Positions 7,300-10,050 of a stretch of 10,050 nucleotides of DNA are shown in pieces. A program made the translations under genes and the position numbers. The stretch spans positions 1 to 10,050 of the forward strand of contig NW_021827633.1 in the NCBI RefSeq assembly GCF_006345805.1, written 5' to 3'. The DNA comes from Octopus sinensis. Lineage: Eukaryota. The notes beneath the pieces were generated by a model, which worked only from the letters and a program-made list of their open reading frames with translations, had not been told where the DNA came from and searched no databases. Every line of letters begins with the position of its first letter. Position 1 is the stretch's first letter.

Positions 7300-8189
7300 A
7301 GACAGTGTAAGAAAATGGTTAAGCAATAGATATGAAACAAAGAATGGAGGAATGAAAATAGACATGAGATATGTAGGGATGTTGCATCTGTAGATCCATT
7401 ATTTGGGCAGAATGGTATACATATAAGAGTCCAGTACCTTGTGAGTAAGTTCCAATAATATTTAAAGTTGGTCACTCCAAGTATAGAGTTTGTACACATT
7501 GTTATTAAATTGAGGGTTTTATTTAAAGTGACTTAAAAGTTGGTAATGTATTTGTAACATCAAATCAAAACCAGGAGGATAGGAACAAAGAAAAGAAAAA
7601 AGAAAAAATGTAAAGTGGGGAGAGAGGTAATAAAGAGATGAAGAGGGGAAAATGTACTGGTTAGTGGTCAGTTAAGATAAATTGATAGTAGGAATAGGGA
7701 GGTGGGGTGATAGAGAGAGAAAGATATGAGAGTGTAAAAAGATGATAGGGTAAAGAGTAAAGAGTGTCAGATAGAAGGAAAGGGGGTTGATTGGTGATAG
7801 AGAGAGATAGGTATGGGAGTGTAAAGAGTAAAGGATTGTCAGGAAGGTAGTGATAGAGCCTAAGTGAGGGGCTGAGAGAGGGGGGTAAGAGTAGTAAATT
7901 GGTGGAATGAAGAATTTGAGAATATAGGTTAGGTTGGTTAGAGGACTGGTCTATGCTTAGTAGTAGAAGAATATATATATATATAAACAGGTATACACAT
8001 GCATATATTAATATAGATATTTATACATATCAACACCTACACATACAACACGTACTCATATGTATATGTAGACCCATACATACATGTAATTGTAAGTATT
8101 ATCGCCCCTATACACGCAGGTATATATACCTTGCATACATATATACATACACACACACATACACACATTTATAAGGTTATTGGGATTAC
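7300..8189 (-). other. Probable 3' non-coding region of the Penelope-like element (strong purine skew on +, TA/CA microsatellite at 7970-8172)
   Basis: Lies directly downstream of the PLE ORF end and shares its G-poor minus-strand composition. Assignment to the element is inference. Confidence 0.4.
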
Positions 8190-9600
8190 CTAAGGGGTAC
8201 TGTGGAAATATGCTGTATGGTCATTTAGGCATTTGGATTTGTGGAAGAATTTGAATGCGTGAAAAAAGTGGTGGTTGCATGTGCTTAGTGCCTCATTATG
8301 TTTATTTAGCAGTGTTGGATAGTTGTGCTTTAATATGTGAAGTGCCTCCTTCAGGCAAAGCTAGCTGGTTGAGCGTTGACCTCTGTAGGGATGCCCTAAA
8401 TCCAGTAGGGTATATTTGTATTTTTGAGATGATGTATATGGTTGGCGAGTGCTGTAGATTTACTATGTTTATCATATCTAAAAGAATGGAGGTGAGCGGC
8501 ATATCGCTGCTTAAAATTTTGGGTTGATCCTATGTATATGGCTGTAGAGTTGTGTAATATATTAAGGACAGTGCATTTATAAATTACATTATATCTTCTG
8601 CAACGGGTTTGTAACAGGCAAATGATTCCAGGATGGCAGTTACAATTAAGTGAATTTTGGGGAATGTGTTCAGGAATGGAGGAGGTAATATTATCAGAGG
8701 AGAGGTTAGAGAAGGGGGTCGAAGATTCTAGATTATTAGTATTATTAACATTATCATTAATGTTATTGTTATTATTACTATTGTTGTTATTAATTGTACT
8801 ATTTGTAAGAGTGGTAGAAATTGTGGTGGTGTTCTGGGCAGTATCAGTAGGATGGGTTGGGTTGTCGTTGTGGTCTAATGTAAGGGTATCTGTGCTGGAG
8901 CTGTGTGTATGTTGAGTGTTCTTATGATTAGAGTTGTAATTATGTGAGCTTTGATAGTGAAGAGAAAGCTACAATAGATTCGAAGTTGGGTGGGGCAGAA
9001 TAAGATAGTTTCAGAGTGGATCTATTAAAGATAGAATAATATTTATGTTGCCGAGGGAAGTTAGAGTCTAGTATTTTAAAGAAGGATTTAGCTAAGTTCT
9101 TACCGTTAAGTGAGAATGGGGGTGTGTACCACAGAATGGAGCGTCTGCCACTTATTTTAGGGTGTCTGGGAGTAGTGCTATCTAAGTTTTTAGATATAGA
9201 AGTGCTATCTATACTTTTGGATAATGTATGTAGGCGGTGAATCCTTTTGTTGTTAGCTGTTTTAGTTTTTGACCTAGTGTTAAATGTATGTGTGGGGTCT
9301 AGGTTGCCTAGGTGTAAGACCTTCAAGGGTTCCATCAATGAGTGTGTGTGTGGTTGGTTGTGATTATGATTGTTGGTGGGTGTTTGAGATGTAATTTGAG
9401 ATATATATTGTTTGAGCCTAGTGTTATTCTATTTGTTGGAAAATGCCACTAGCAGCAAGTGCTTCAGTGTAATATGGTGCGTGATTATTGAAAATTTCCT
9501 CAGTGGAAGAGAGGTTAGATATGCAGGTTGAGATGCCCTTGATTAAGTTATCAAAACTGGATTTGTGGTGATTGGAGAGGATGTTAAAGTACAATTCGCT
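8190..9600 (-). mobile_element. Penelope-like retroelement remnant: RT thumb, linkers, C-terminal GIY-YIG endonuclease (Naiad-like motif layout)
   Basis: Minus strand: LYFNILSNHHKS..IKGISTCISNLSSTEEIFNNHAPYYTEALAASG (9600-9445); RSILWYTPPFSLN..FFKILDSNFP..HKYYSIFNRSTLKLSYS..NFESIVA (W at 9131); CNC-x5-C-x5-C (8644 onward); VIY (8587-8579); YIGSTQNFKQRYAAHLHSF (8536 onward); LCLKEALHIL..LLNKHNE..STCNH (8360-8271). Confidence 0.92.
8396..8968 (-). pseudogene. 190-codon stop-free frame without ATG: Asn/Thr/Ser-rich linker plus GIY-YIG endonuclease domain
   Basis: Manual translation; separated from ORF 8940..9338 by a single extra T at ~8966; ends at TAG 8398-8396 near another frameshift. Confidence 0.88.
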
Positions 9601-10050
9601 TTCTGCTTACATCTGACCCAGAACGTGATATAAAAGCTACAACTAATGATTTTATATATATCAGTTGTTTGATTAATATGAAATGGCATCTATACAACTA
9701 CCTTGTCATCCTTTAAACTTAAGCATAAAGCAATTTGTACGTTATTATCCAGTAAAATTTGGAAATTGAAGGAAATAGCAGATATGGGTGTGAGCTGTGC
9801 TCTATGGAAACATGAAATTTTTAAGCAAAACGATAAGGGCAACCTGATTAATAATTGTACATAGTGTCACCTGTACCTTAAATATTTTAGAAAGTAGCAC
9901 TTTATTGATCTTGAAATTTAAAACCTATTAGAAACTTCTTTGCTCAATTAGTATATAGTGAGCATGTCCTACAACATTATTACTTAGCTAATACAGGGTA
10001 ACAGTCTTTAGAGATAAAAGCTAAATAAGTAAATAAACTATTTTTAGTTT

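Noticed and set aside
249-7499. Remaining short ORFs antisense to RTE copies (e.g. 249..500, 2473..2670, 4385..4792, 5203..5385, 7017..7499)
   Set aside because: They are shadow frames of retrotransposon sequence with no independent evidence.
8358-8398. Selenocysteine recoding in the PLE endonuclease, as known for some Naiad elements
   Set aside because: The in-frame stops here are TAG (8398-8396, 8363-8361) and TAA (9426-9424), not TGA at cysteine positions; they look like ordinary decay.
8622-8915. Leu/Val-rich membrane-protein-like ORF on +
   Set aside because: It is the antisense reading of the AAT-rich PLE linker.
9601-10050. Possible host exon (minus-strand GAT|GTAAGC donor near 9610; ~60-codon open stretch at 9682-9865 on +)
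   Set aside because: No recognisable protein similarity or convincing acceptor/donor pair; such motifs are expected by chance in AT-rich DNA. RNA-seq would be needed.

Overview
Eukaryotic, almost entirely repeat-derived DNA with no host gene that I can support. A tRNA-derived SINE fragment at 5634-5757 and a Penelope terminal-repeat fragment at 1401-1470 resemble repeats I recall from Octopus genomes, so a cephalopod origin is inferred but not proven. The window holds: (i) three decayed copies of one RTE-clade LINE family (1-1243 +, 3389-5304 -, 5758-7299 +), which carry a C4HC3 PHD-type finger inside the reverse transcriptase and a 3' UTR built from ~65-bp modules; (ii) a GC-rich, young-looking second RTE family with a C-terminal C2H2 finger (2350-3070 +); (iii) a Helitron Pif1-helicase C-terminal remnant (1705-2020 +); (iv) a Penelope-like element (PLE) remnant with RT thumb and GIY-YIG endonuclease (8190-9600 -), whose endonuclease frame is missing from the ORF track; (v) half of a PLE hammerhead ribozyme; (vi) an unclassified repeat terminus present twice in inverted orientation; (vii) long (TA)n, (GATA)n and (CT)n tracts, with six element ends abutting (TA)n. 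All coding remnants are disrupted. The best candidates for something under-described are the PHD finger inside the RT, the modular RTE 3' UTR, and the PLE with two ~100-codon low-complexity linkers. I cannot establish a new functional system from this window alone.
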